Origin: Chrysomallon squamiferum
Lineage: Eukaryota; Animalia; Mollusca
Assembly (NCBI GenBank): GCA_012295275.1
Contig: CM022677.1
Location: 12,648,001-12,712,000 of the forward strand
Length of the DNA stretch: 64,000 nucleotides
Reading direction: 5' to 3'
Program-made: the position numbers and the translations under genes
The notes under the pieces: generated by a model
What the model saw: the letters and a program-made list of their open reading frames with translations, nothing else
Database searches by the model: none
Told to the model about the DNA's origin: nothing
Shown here: in pieces, positions 1-12,240 of the stretch
Position numbering within the stretch: position 1 is the stretch's first letter
Layout of the letters: every line of letters begins with the position of its first letter

Positions 1-765
1 GAACACAACGTAAATCTGATCAAAATTTCATTATCCGCACAGGATGTATTTTCCATTTGTATCGAAGAAATAAAATTGGAAAGAAAACCTATGAAACCTG
101 AAAAATATTTTCCTATATACACCAGTAACGAGTTCACTGTTACAGGTGTTGATATAGACTTTTGGTGGAGAAATCCGGAAACCATGAAAGTATATGTAAA
201 AAATACTGACAAGCTTTATAGAAAAGTAGACTATTTTAAAATAATTCTTCCAGTTCCTTGGTCAGAGGGTTACAGTGAGACACTTGTTATCTATCAAGAT
301 GGAAACGTACGCCTGCTGCCCCTCCCTCCTGCAGGATTAGACTGGATTCCGTTTGGAACATCAGTTGTGGTTGGAACATGTGATGTTGACCTGATCAGAC
401 CTGCTGCTCCCATTGATCAAGTGGATATCGACGTCGATAAACGAGAGCTGAAGATTCTTTACAGAAATGGAGAAAAAGCAAAGCTGACGTTGATTTCGAA
501 AGTGGACAGAACGGAACTCGTTGTTTCTGATCTCATATTTAAACAGTCCAGTAAGGGATTTCCATTTGCCACATTCCGATCAATGTACGTCGACGAGGGC
601 AACACAGACAGCGACAGCATCATGGTGGACAGCTCCAGCGTGTTCGGTGTCATGGAGAACCTGAATGATGTACATGGAAAAACGTTTACACTTTTCAGAA
701 GATGCGAATCCAAACATCTGACTCTCAGTCCGGATATCCATCTGGAGTTATTGCGCACGCGCTAA
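1..765 (+). CDS. 3' part (terminal exon, cut by window edge) of an uncharacterised protein
   Basis: Frame is open from base 1 (EHNVNLIKISLSAQDVFSICIEEIKLERKP...) to TAA at 763-765, 254 codons with no stop. Globular, beta-rich composition with motifs YQDGNVRLLPLPPAGLDWIPFGTSVVVG and PFATFRSMYVDEGNTDSD. AATAAA follows at 929. Confidence 0.85.
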   Translation, partial: EHNVNLIKISLSAQDVFSICIEEIKLERKPMKPEKYFPIYTSNEFTVTGVDIDFWWRNPETMKVYVKNTDKLYRKVDYFKIILPVPWSEGYSETLVIYQDGNVRLLPLPPAGLDWIPFGTSVVVGTCDVDLIRPAAPIDQVDIDVDKRELKILYRNGEKAKLTLISKVDRTELVVSDLIFKQSSKGFPFATFRSMYVDEGNTDSDSIMVDSSSVFGVMENLNDVHGKTFTLFRRCESKHLTLSPDIHLELLRTR

Positions 766-928
766 TCAGTATTGTTGTCAGGTAATCAGTCAGTGTTAAA
801 TAACATGACAGTTCACATGTAAAACCTGTTAGCGTTTATGTTTATAATTATACTGTATCACACAACAATTATAGTAAGTTTCAGATTTCCAGTTCACAGT
901 CTTATGTGTGAAACAATTTCTATGCTGA

Positions 929-934
929 AATAAA
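929..934 (+). promoter_or_regulatory. Putative polyadenylation signal
   Basis: AATAAA ~165 bp after the stop of the 1-765 CDS, followed by T-rich sequence. Confidence 0.5.
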
Positions 935-1677
935 ACAAGTTTATTTTTGCATTCAGCTTTCTTAGATTAAGCTTACATTTAGCATTAATTTGTACTAGAT
1001 ATAGGATTTTAGAAAAAGAGATTGCGTTGGGCATTAGCTAAAATGAACGTAACAAAAAATAGAAATGATAATAATAATGTTTCCTTACTGAGTAATGTTT
1101 TACTTTCTCCATGGTAACAAGTCTCCTAGCACATTCATAATTTGTTCACCGTTGCCAACAAGCTTCAAACATGGATGTTTTGGGATATTTATTCAGAATA
1201 TCTAAACAAATGAAAACAATTATTTAAATTTGAAAGTTTCCCCAAAACAAAGATTCTTGTGTTTATAATACTGTTTAATAACACTAATTACCATAGTCAA
1301 GTCTGAATTGATCATTATCAGAATTGCTAAAGCAAGTTCATTTACACTCATAAATAGCTTTTTTTATGATATCAGGTCAATTGCCCCCTGGACACTGCCC
1401 CTAAGGACAACTGCCCCCATTTTTCTTCAAATATACCTTTCATAGTTATTTTTAAACAACATTCCAATAAATTCGTCAAAGCTACCTAGAGTCAGCTAAT
1501 TACTAATTGAACTTGATAAAAGGCATTTGGATTACTTTGATCTGCTAAAACGTCTGCTGAAACATATTATTAAAAATCATCTAACACCAAAGCTAACGAA
1601 AGTCAGCTAATTACTAATTCAGGCTAATTAAATGCTAAAGATTATTTTGATTTGGCAACTGATCAATAATTAAGACG

Positions 1678-2045
1678 AATGAGACAGTACATAAGGTCAT
1701 AGCGTCAGAGTATGGTCATCCAAAACTTGCGTTCGAAAACTATGTGTATGTCCGACAGAAGGAACTCAGTGGTGCAGTGATTTCTTACGAGTGTGAAGGA
1801 AGAAGACAACACGCTTGTAAAGCTAAACTGAACTGTGTCTGGATGCTTCTTTCATCTGGCGCCAAGTTCAACTCATTAGTCTAGCAGTTCGTTACAATAC
1901 TGATGAAGATTTTGCTTTACTGATCCGTCATCTGGAATTGCATTCGTTCCAGTGCATGAAGAGACGGCAGCTTTTGAAGTACTATCAGAAGCTGATGACC
2001 ATAAATCTGTATTACAAATACTTGAGGACAACTTCATCGGTTTAA
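1678..2045 (+). mobile_element. Internally deleted FLYWCH/MULE (Mutator-like) transposase remnant
   Basis: EYGHPKLAFENYVYVRQKELSGAVISYECEGRRQHACKAKL (FLYWCH-like zinc finger) joined to FIWRQVQLISLAVRYNTDEDFALLIRHL and AFVPVHEETAAFEVL (MULE region after the catalytic core). The DDE core is missing. Confidence 0.7.
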
Positions 2046-2382
2046 AGTAAGTGCTACAAGATAGATTAAGATGACTGCCTCCTATTGGGAGCTTTCGTTA
2101 GCAGTGGCAACTGTATGGTCGGTCATGTGACATTACCACATATGGCAATTGCAGCCTGGAATTTAAGGGGGGACATAGCAAATTTTGCACTTAGGTCTTG
2201 GACATTGCAGGACCTTAAACAATTGCTAGAGAAGGTGGCGACACTGGTGTTGTTTGTTCGTGTGTTCTTTTTGTTTTTTTCGTACTGGCTTGATCTTTTT
2301 TGTTCTCCAACTCTAGAATTTTTATTATGATTTTTTTTTATGAATCTGTTACTCCTCCTTGGAGATGCCACGGTTACCATAT

Positions 2383-4932
2383 TGTAAATGTTAAATTGCT
2401 AAGAGATCCGCTTGCTTCCCCTCACCGCCCAGTTACATTCTCGCGTCAGAAGTGGGATTTTAAGTCAATTAGGACTGAACCCGGACATTTAGAAATTAAG
2501 TGAAAGACGGCCAATGGGCTCACGTGACCAGGCATAGACAAGATTTGATGTTGACGATTTATGTGAGACTACATGGTTGACGACACGAGATTCCCAACTG
2601 AAGAGGGTTACCAAATTGATCCAAATTGATCCAAATTGATCCAAGAACATTTACATTTATTTTCAGTATTCAGTAAAGTTCAGTGTATGTATGTTATAAC
2701 CATTGGTAAACATTTCTTCAGGTCTACTGTAGTTGGGATTGTGTAAAATATTATTTTATATTCCAGTGAATAATAGTTTATAAGTTAATATGGAGCTTTT
2801 GGAGAAATAAATAACTAAAAACATGTTCATATCAGACAGTTAAACGATATGTCAAATTATCTTCTCTTTTATAGTCATTGAAGTCTAGTAAAATAAAATG
2901 TTACGCTTTTCATAAATCTTTAAGTCCATTTTTAAGTAAAGTGTTCTGAAGTTTTGAGATGGTTTTCAAAGGAAGATGTCGCAAAAGGATTAGACAGCTA
3001 TGAACAGCTTAGACGAGATTTTCAAAACCTCGATTTTCAGTTTAGGGAGAGGCCAAAGAGAATCAGATTCGTTCAGATTCGATTAGAAAGTACGAGAGAT
3101 AACGACTCTAAAGCATTCTAACTTTAATCCTCTGCTCATATTCTGCCACAAATAATGTTTGGTGACACAGGAGCGAGCGCCATATCGGGCAGTTTCAAGG
3201 TAAGCCGGGATCGGACTTTAACGTGGAGGACTGGATTCGCGATATCAAAGATCAGCTTGAGTTAAAACGTCAAACTGATAACTCAGCCATACGTTTCCTA
3301 AAGGTGCACTTAGCAGGTCCTGTCAGGTTGGAAATAGATAATCACCATGATACTTCCTGTCCTGCAGATACTGTTCATGTTTTTCGTATATGAAGAAGTC
3401 GAAAATAGGGTCAGATGAATCTCTGTTGATGTACAGCCATGAATTGCTAAGACTGTGTCAGCAGCTGGAACATGATGAATGTTAACATGGTCAGCGAGAT
3501 CTGAATCTGAGAGATCCCTATTTGAGTCGGGAAGTCAACCGACAGATGCTGGCTAATACAGCAGACTCCTTTTTTAATTGGGCCGTTGATTGGCATAAAC
3601 GTTGTTCTTGGTTTCCTGGTTAAAGAGGCTGCTGATAATCCTCTTTTGCCTTCGGAGATACCGGGGCTGATTTTTACCATTAGGGAAACAGTTTACAAAA
3701 ATCATTTGAAAGATAACGTTGGGGAGATCTTTGTTTTATATCCTTTTATTAATGTTTCGGCAGCAAATGGTCACAGCATTTCACTTAAAGGCTGCAGATT
3801 TTAGGTAGAATCTTCCCACAGATTTTTTTTTTTCGTTTTTGTGGTAAACGATTTAGAAGATTCTAGAGTTGGTAATTTCTCCAGCGATGATTTCATTTTT
3901 AAACAGTTGGATATTGGGATATTGAGAATATGTGGAGACTTCAGCCTCTTAAATGCAAAACCTGTCAAAGATGCGCATCCCCTTCCCCGTGTAGATGAAG
4001 CACTTGAGACATTGAAAGGCGCCAAGTATTTCTCTTCCATCGATCTAGCACATGGATTTCTTCAGTGAAGAGGAAGAGGAAGACATTCCCAAGACTGCAT
4101 TTCGCGCAGGTTCGTCCTTTTTTTTCTTTTTTTGTTTTTTAAATATACCAGGATATCCATGGGTTTGTTTAATCAGAGTAGCCTAATGGCTAATGCAGGT
4201 TTGCCTGGGAGAAGACAGTCTTCAGTCTCTGATAGTATACCTAGAAGTCATTCTTGTGTTTGGACACACCTTCGACGAAATGGACCAAAGGCTAGAAATG
4301 GTATTTAGTAGGCTACACGTGTCATTTGCTTAAAAAGGAGGTTAAGTATCTTGGCCATGGTATTTCTGATAAGGTTTCAGGTGTCAAACAGTGGAAAATA
4401 CCAACAAGAGAACTGAGGTCATTTCTTGGATTTACCAGTTACTATCGACGGTTCAATAACAGTTTTACCAACATAGCCGCACCCCTGCATTCACTGATAG
4501 GTGGTGGCAAGAAAAAGAAAGGAAAACTTGTCAGAAAGGTTCCTGAAACTCGAAAAGCTTTTCAGGAATGCTGGGATCAGTCTTGTGACGATGCTTTCGA
4601 CTCATCAACAGTTTAGCTGACTACAATTCCAAGTTTAGGCTACTCTGATTTCCAGAAACCTTTCATTGATGAGATTGATGCAGGTGTTCAGGGTTTGGGA
4701 GCTGTTATATCTCAAGAGCAAGATGGTCGAGTAGTGGTTATTTCTTCTGCCAGTCGAAGCTCAAACTTGATCTCTTGGTGAGGCAATGGGAAAAAATAAA
4801 GCAATTGTGTAACATTTGGTATCGTGTCATCCAACACGAGCGCTATATGCTATACCAATTAATTTTGCCTCAGGCATTGGTGAAAAATCCATTACAAGAT
4901 GAAGCTGGTCATCAAGGGTATGACCGAACAGG
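2383..4932 (+). mobile_element. Degenerate Ty3/Gypsy LTR retrotransposon (gag-pol remnant)
   Basis: Gag-like DWIRDIKDQLELK at ~3230; RT motifs LRICGDFSLLN..DAHPLPRVDEALETLKGAKYFSSIDLAHGF, IPKTAF, KKEVKYLGH, ELRSFLGFTSYYRRF; RNase H EIDAGVQGLGAVISQEQDG; integrase zinc-finger start DEAGHQGYDRT at ~4900. Order RT-RH-IN. Many stops and frameshifts; left (LTR) boundary is uncertain. Confidence 0.9.
2611..2644. repeat. 10-bp tandem repeat (CCAAATTGAT) x3.4
   Basis: Seen directly, in the putative LTR/leader of the Gypsy element. Confidence 0.9.
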
Positions 4933-4934
4933 GT

Positions 4935-5760
4935 AGCCTCACCCTACCTCTAAGCCAATCCCTACCCCTAACCCTACTCCTACCGCAATCCCTACCCCTA
5001 AGCCTAACCCTAGCACAACTTCTAAACCTAATCCTTCCCAAGTTGGATTCCCAATGGTGACTCTATAATTATTTTGCACATTATCGTATCACTGATAACA
5101 AAAGTTAAATATTCCTGACCCTAATCCTAACCCTACCCCTAGCCCAACCCCTAACTCAAACCCTAACCCTAAGCCCTAACCCTAACACTAACCCTAAACG
5201 TAACGCAAAAGGGACTGAACTTAATTCTGATGCTAACACCATCTCTAAGCCTCATCCTAACCCTAAAACTAATAATAATATTAACCATAACCCTAACCCT
5301 ACCTAAGACTCTAGCGCTAACTCTAAACCTAGACCTAACGAACTCGTTAAACTTAATTCTAATGCTAACACTAGTACTAACGCTGATCATAAAATAGTTT
5401 GCAGATTATCATAAGACACATAATATACTTTAAATAATCCTCACCTAACACTAACCATAACTCTAACCCTAACCCTAACCCTAACGCTAGCCCAACTTCT
5501 ATCCCTACGTCCATCTACCATAATGCTTTCTCTAAACGTTTCAACTTGGTTCTGGTACCTTCACAAGCTGTCTGACAGCCCGTGCTTCCGGGATCTAAAT
5601 ATAACCCTAACGAAGTCCTCACACTTAATTCTAAAGGCAACACTAGTACTAACTCTATTATAATAATCGTAATAAACTTTAAATAACCCAAACCCGAACC
5701 CTAGCCCAACTTCTGAATCTAATCCTACCCAATTCTGCAACCTTAATTCTTAAGCAAACG
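4935..5760 (+). repeat. Degenerate telomere-like (CCCTAA)n array with interspersed larger units
   Basis: Many CCCTAA/CCCTAC/CTCTAA variants; recurring ACTTAATTCT..GC.AACAC motif at ~5219, 5351, 5622 and 5741. Confidence 0.85.
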
Positions 5761-5764
5761 CTAC

Positions 5765-6170
5765 TGTTACGATGGTAATGACGACGACATTAATAAACAA
5801 TAATAATATATTTTATTATAGAATGACAGAGAATACAAAAAGAAAAGGAATAATGAGGAGTTATGCAATAACGTTAGTAACAAGCCGTTACGACGTCAAC
5901 GACGGCGACATCAATAGAAATTACAATAATATATTTTAATAGGTGATGCGCCGACTCAGAAAGTATGAGCAATGATTAATAAAAAGCGCTAAAGAAAAAT
6001 TATAATTACTCCAAGAAAGCTAGGAACAAGGCCGTTATGATGGTGATATTAATAGAAATAGTAATAATACCTTTGAACACTAAAAAAAGTATGAATAATA
6101 GTTAATAAAAAGCAAACGAATAAGGAGAAGTACACTGATGGTAACGACGGCGACATTAATAATCAGTATA
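5765..6170. repeat. Degenerate tandem repeat, 4 units of ~100-145 bp
   Basis: Core GTTACGATGGTAA(C/T)GACG(A/G)CGACATTAATA recurs at ~5766, 5886, 6033 and 6137. Confidence 0.65.
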
Positions 6171-7599
6171 ATTAGACAGATAAGAGCATATTAACCTCAC
6201 CATTTCCTAAAGCTATGAAGAAGCTGCTCTCCAGCGACGGAAATATACCTAATGTTTGATAGACCGAGACTGAGAAGACGGGGGAAGCTATAATTATCAT
6301 GCTGAATGTTTTCATATTAGATTATTTCTTTATCCATCTGAAGACACTCTTTGTAACAGTAAGTATGTTTTGCACGTGTATACTAGTGTGAAATTTATAA
6401 ATTTATTAAAATGTTTTAAAAAAAGATTTCCATTGAGCTATTGCGAGTTAGTTCTAGTTCAGAAATATGATATAACATTGAAACTGGTACGTCCTCCATT
6501 TCCAAATTTCTTATGTTTTATGCATCTTCAGCATCACTTAATGAAGAATAAATAAAATAAAAACGAATTTAAATTGTCTCACAATATTTTATTATCATTT
6601 AGGTGACTTTTAAAAAGTATTTTTTGTAATAATTGTTGTATATATATATATATATATATATAGCAGTCTTAGTTTAGTTCCAGTAATATTAATAGCATTT
6701 TTAATAAAACTGCTTGATTTATTAATTTATTATTAATTTATTATTGTCATTATTGTAGTTTATCATATTTAATATTATTTATTTGTTATTACTTTTGAAT
6801 TTAAATTAATATTGCTTGATTTGCATGAGATTAAATTAGTAATACAGTTTAATATAATTTTCTGTATAACTGATATTACAACACAGTAGATTTATACTAA
6901 TAAAGAAATTTATATAAATGTTTTTCTTTGTATGTGTCTGTATATTTGTGTGTCAATGAGTGCTTGTTTATTCACAAACACAACTCACACACACATATAT
7001 ACAAATGCACACATGTATGTACATGCACAATAGTTATCATTTTTGAGTCTTCCATGAAATAAATATTTGATAGCAACACTTGTTATTCCATTTAAAATGT
7101 ATTTTAACTAGTAAAATGTAATAGCTTTCATTCACTGATAATGCTTAACATTTTGTTGACTGGAAATTTGTATTTGCTTCTATATATATATAGTTCTATG
7201 TTTCCTTTTGATTAATATTTAAGAATAAATATAACTTTTCCAGTAATTATTATTTACATATTGAGAATTGAATTACAATTTAATAAATTCTTGGAACCAA
7301 ATTTGTACATTTATTAGCTTCATGAAGTTTACTTCCAGTTTTATTTTGTAATTTGTCCTGTTTTGTTTTAATCAAAACCCCAACATGTAGATAAAAAAAT
7401 AAAATAAATAAATAAATAAAATAAAATAAAATAAAATTACATTTATTTGAATCAGAAATAAACTTGTTTTAGTATTAACAATTAACATTATTTATTTATT
7501 TATTCATTTGTCTTAGTTTAGTTACCAGTAATATTTGTATTATTATTATTTTAATTATTATTAGTTTGGTTATTGTTATCACTGGTTTATTTATTTATT

Positions 7600-7612
7600 T
7601 TATTTATTTATT

Positions 7613-7645
<33 letters not shown>

Positions 7646-7671
7646 TTATTTTATTATTATTATTATTATTA

Positions 7672-7718
<47 letters not shown>

Positions 7719-7728
7719 TTATTATTAA
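7600..7728. repeat. (TTTA)n/(TTA)n microsatellite
   Basis: Seen directly. Confidence 0.9.
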
Positions 7729-8458
7729 TGAAATTATGAGCAACTGACCATGGATAATAGTTTTCATAACATAAAGGGAAATAACTCTTTTGATAAGACT
7801 TTGTTTATAGTGTTAAAACATATGAAATAAAGAAAGAAAGCAAATACAATTTAAAATAAAAACACCCTGAAAACAATTTGATATCTTTTTTATTTTTACC
7901 AAGAATCAGTAACAATGAAGTAAAAAACCAAATTCAACAGCAAAATTGTAGCAAATATAAAAATTAATTAATTAAAAATGCCTATAAAAAACATCATACT
8001 GATAAGGTCAAATTACATGTGCATAATAAACAAATAACAAAATATTGTAAAAAGCTGTTACTTGTTTACTTATTTTTTTCATGTGTTTTAAGTTATTACA
8101 TTGGATAATTAATTACATTATTTAACAGGAGCTAGTATTAAAAATTAATCTAGACATCTGTTTTGGTTTTTTTTTTTAAAGTCTGCTAAATAAACTGATT
8201 TTATGCTTTATTTGCTGAGTTTATTTTCTATTTTGTGGATATATATATATATGTGCAGGCACATAAATGCAGGCACATAAAGGATTGACATAATTTTTAT
8301 AAGAAAATGATACCAATATGTATAATTACAAATGACATTTTTTTTTTTTTTTTGGTATGTTGATGATGTAGACAATCAGTCAGACAGACAGACTGACAGG
8401 TTATTGTAGACATACACTGGTAAATAGATACATAGTTAATAGACTAGGCAAATGTAAC

Positions 8459-8501
<43 letters not shown>

Positions 8502-8699
8502 CACACAGAAAGAGCAAGATAAGCTGACAGATTGGGAGAAGAAGGTAAATCAAATGACATTTATATATAATTAATCAAACATTGATGATTTAAATGGAAT
8601 ACCTCTCCTCTGTTGTAGCAATCTATAGCCTTGTCTACAGATACAAAATCAGACATCAGTATCCATGTTTGAACGAGTAACTGGATTCAGGAAAATTCA

Positions 8700-9090
8700 A
8701 GCAGTAGTGGTAGTAGTAGTGGTAGTAGCAGCAGTGGTAGTAGTAGTAGTAGTAGTAGCAGTGGTAGTAGTAGTAGTAGTAGTAGTAGTAAGTAGTAGCA
8801 GTAGTAGGTAGTAGTAGTAGCAGTAGTAGTAGTAGTAGCAAGTAGTAGTAGTTGTAGTAGTAGTAGTTTAGTAGTAGTAGTAATAATAAATATAGGATTT
8901 TAGTAGTAAAATAATAAGACAAATAAAATAATATATAAAATAATAGGAATAATAAGGCAAAATAAAAAGTTGTAACAGCAACAGAAACAACAGTAGTAGT
9001 TGTAGTACAAAATAAGATTAATAGTTGTAGTATTGTAGTTGTAGTAGTAGTAGTAGTTGTAATAGTAGTAGTAGTAGTAATAATAACAGT
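8700..9090. repeat. (GTA)n-type compound microsatellite
   Basis: Seen directly; it produces the spurious poly-Y and poly-L ORFs. Confidence 0.9.
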
Positions 9091-9364
9091 AATACATTAT
9101 AATAAGACTAATAAATATAGTAATATTAATAATAATTGTAATAAGACAAATAAAATAATATATAAAATAATAATAATAATAATAATAAAAATAAAAATGT
9201 AAAAATAATAATCATAATAAGATATTATATTATATTAACAATAAAAAAGTACAGTATTATAATAATACAAAATAAGATTAATAAGTATTTTCACCTTCAT
9301 AAGAACTACTTCCTCTACAGTGCTGTCTGCCTCCATGTCAAAGAGAGGTTCTGGTTTCTGAATA

Positions 9365-9478
9365 CTTGCATTGCCAGACAGGTTGAATGCATACACAGTC
9401 CTTACATTGCCAGACAGGTTGAATGCATACACAGTCCTTGCATTGCCAGACAGGTTGAATGCATACACAGCCCTTGCA
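9365..9478. repeat. 36-bp tandem repeat x3.2 inside an exon
   Basis: CTTGCATTGCCAGACAGGTTGAATGCATACACAGTC at 9365, 9401 and 9437; in frame on the minus strand (VYAFNLSGN x3). Confidence 0.95.
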
Positions 9479-10141
9479 CAATGATCAGCTAGCTGGAGTG
9501 AAAGTGTGATTTTAACAACTGTTTATATGTGAGAAGAAATATATTGTTCTTTACATTAAAAAGAAAGGAAAGTTTTAGAAATTAATGTAAAAGTTGATAA
9601 ATATGTTAAGTATTGTAATAAGAAATGTTATTTCATGTTAATCATTTTATATTTATTAATTTCTCTTGCTCCTCTCTCTTTCTCACACACACACACTCAC
9701 ACACACACTACATTTTTTTAAACTTTATTTCCTTGTTCTTTTATTTCTAAATACATACACAGATTGTATTGAAAACAAAATACATTCATATGTGTGTGTG
9801 TGTGTGTGTGTGTGTGTATTTGTTATAATAAAATCAGTGTATGTATTTGTAAAGAAAATAAAGTTAATAAAATAATATGACTTTTTAAAACTATTTATCC
9901 AGAAATTACTCATGCACATACATACATATATATATATACTTGACACACACACACAAAACAAAAAAAAAAAAAAATTCCTTAACTGAATACAGCACATACA
10001 TATACTTTGTTTATTACCTGAAGCCAGGTAGGTACTTCTCCATCTTTCTTGCCCCCAGTGATAGTCAACAGACAGAATACACTCCTTAGAGTCTAGAAAT
10101 TTGATATATTTTCATCACTTTCTGTTCACTTCTATATTATT

Positions 10142-10144
<3 letters not shown>

Positions 10145-10222
<78 letters not shown>

Positions 10223-10369
10223 TTATTATTACAAAAAATAATAATCATAAATCAAATATGAAAACAGATGCCTTAATAATTCATAAAAGAAAGAAGATAA
10301 ATAAATAGACAGACACACACAGACAGACACATCAGTGTGAACTTGTTATTTTATTTACATTATTACTAC

Positions 10370-10440
<71 letters not shown>
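10145..10440. repeat. Two long (GA)n microsatellites (10145-10218, 10373-10440)
   Basis: Seen directly. Confidence 0.95.
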
Positions 10441-10443
<3 letters not shown>

Positions 10444-11602
10444 TTTATTATGATAGATACATAGAAAGATAGACAGATAGCTGTGAACTGTTATTACTAC
10501 ATACAATATAATCACTCACAATGACCTTTCAACATGGCTGCAGTGTCAGAAGTTATCTGTGCGAATGGCTGGACAGAACATCATATTACCCAGCATTCCT
10601 AGAGGAAGATAAATAAATAAATAAATGATATGACAGATTTCAATAAATAAGAACCATATAAATGATAAAATAAAAAATAATTAAAACTGTTTACCAGGAT
10701 GTCCTCCAATTGCTGTCAGTTAAATCAGGAAGCTGTCTCCAACTGAAGGGAGACAACTATAAGATGATTAAATTTTCTCCCCTGACTTATTGACAGTGAG
10801 ACCTTAAAATTAATTAAATTTATATAAATAATTTAAAAAGAAAACAACACAACAGCAGCATTAACAATAATAAACCCTTTTATTTAGTATTCCTGTTTTT
10901 TTTCTTCTTATTTTTACCACTGGATTAGTTTAGCTTAGAGTTAGGGTTAGGATTAGTGTTAGGGTTAGGTTTAGACTAATTATTTATTTATTTATTACTA
11001 CTGCTGATGCTATTTCTACTATTGCTGCATCATAACTGCTACTATCACCATCACATTACATATTGCTGCTGATATTTTTGGTGCTAATTATTTTGTATTA
11101 AAATCTAATTTAATTTTATAAAAATTTGCATTTGTTATAGTGAAAAATATAAAAGTAATTTATTATGTCAAGCTTACCTAATGAGTTTCCACCAGTATTC
11201 AAGCTCTTTAACTCAGGGTTGTGTCCCTGGTGGTATAAACAAAGACTAAGGGCACCATCAGTTCCAATCTTAAAATTAAGTAAAACAGGCCTGAGTATTT
11301 TGTACAAAGCATTTGAATGTAAACTGATAACCAAATATTTCTTAACACACACACTGTTATCTGAATAGTAGCAATTATCACTATTGCTGATACACACACA
11401 CACTCACTACACACACACACACACACACACATGGTTCTATCCACCTTGTGGAAGTCATAAATAAATCACTAATCCCATTCACGGTACTCAAATAAGACAG
11501 TGGACTAGGCCACAGGGTTGAGTGTCGTCCCATCCTGTCAAATCCCATGTACCGGCCACAGAGGAATAACAAAACAAGTTGAATTTGTGTATTTGTGTAT
11601 TT

Positions 11603-11815
11603 AATATTCAAGCATATATTCAGAGATAGTATTATTCAAAGGTCAAGCACTACATTCTGAGATAGTATTATTCAAAGTTCAAGCACTATATTCAGAGATA
11701 GTATTATTCAAATTTCAAGCACTATATTCAGAGATAGTATTATTCAAAGTTCAAGCACTTTATTCAGATAGTATTATTCAAAGTTCAAACACTATAGTCA
11801 GAGATAATGTGTTCA
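11603..11815. repeat. 36-bp minisatellite, ~6 copies
   Basis: CAAGCACTATATTCAGAGATAGTATTATTCAAAGTT at 11609, 11644, 11680, 11716, 11752 and onward. Confidence 0.9.
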
Positions 11816-11834
11816 GATACACTATGATCAACCA

Positions 11835-12240
11835 AGTTAAAATTGCACAATGTTCAATTGGTTCCACAAACCAGGGCAAGAGGAGAACGTCCTGTCCATG
11901 TAGATTGTCTCAGCTGTCTGTAGATATCTTAGCTGATCATCAGTTGAGAACTCCACCATTTTGTCAGCATCTCGATCTGAGAACAAGAGGAAGCATCTTG
12001 TGTTTGATTCCAGGGTGCTTGTAGGTGCAGCTCTTCTCTGGAGGCTGGGAGGACGGGGATGTGGTTTTATGATGATGTACAAGGTGCTCTTCACACTGTG
12101 GAAGGTAGACAAGGCAGGAACGTCATTGTCATCTTGGTGGGCAATCTCATCGTTGTAGATCTGTTGCGTGATTTTGTCTCTCACCTGCTTGTGGATGTGC
12201 TCATGAAACGAATGTCAGTCTGGTTATCAGGTGGGTGATT
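11835..12240 (-). mobile_element. MULE transposase fragment
   Basis: HPPD...LSTFHSVKSTLY...FLLFSDRDADKMVEFSTDDQLRYLQTAETIYMDRTFSSCPGLWNQL matches the MULE pattern YMDGTF..CP.LF.QLY. Confidence 0.8.

Noticed and set aside
459-758. Antisense ORFs over real coding or TE sequence (also 11165-11368, 16259-16507, 62198-62703)
   Set aside because: Shadow frames with no independent support.
8656-9097. Low-complexity ORFs (poly-Y/L/I/V, THTH, ERER) here and throughout the ORF track
   Set aside because: Translations of microsatellites.
10928-10975. Short TTAGGG-like run as a telomere remnant
   Set aside because: Under 50 bp, degenerate and intronic.
11603-11815. 36-bp repeats (also the 40-bp array at 44075 and the 53345 array) as CRISPR-like arrays
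   Set aside because: Units are head-to-tail or have homologous spacers, there are no cas genes, and the context is eukaryotic.
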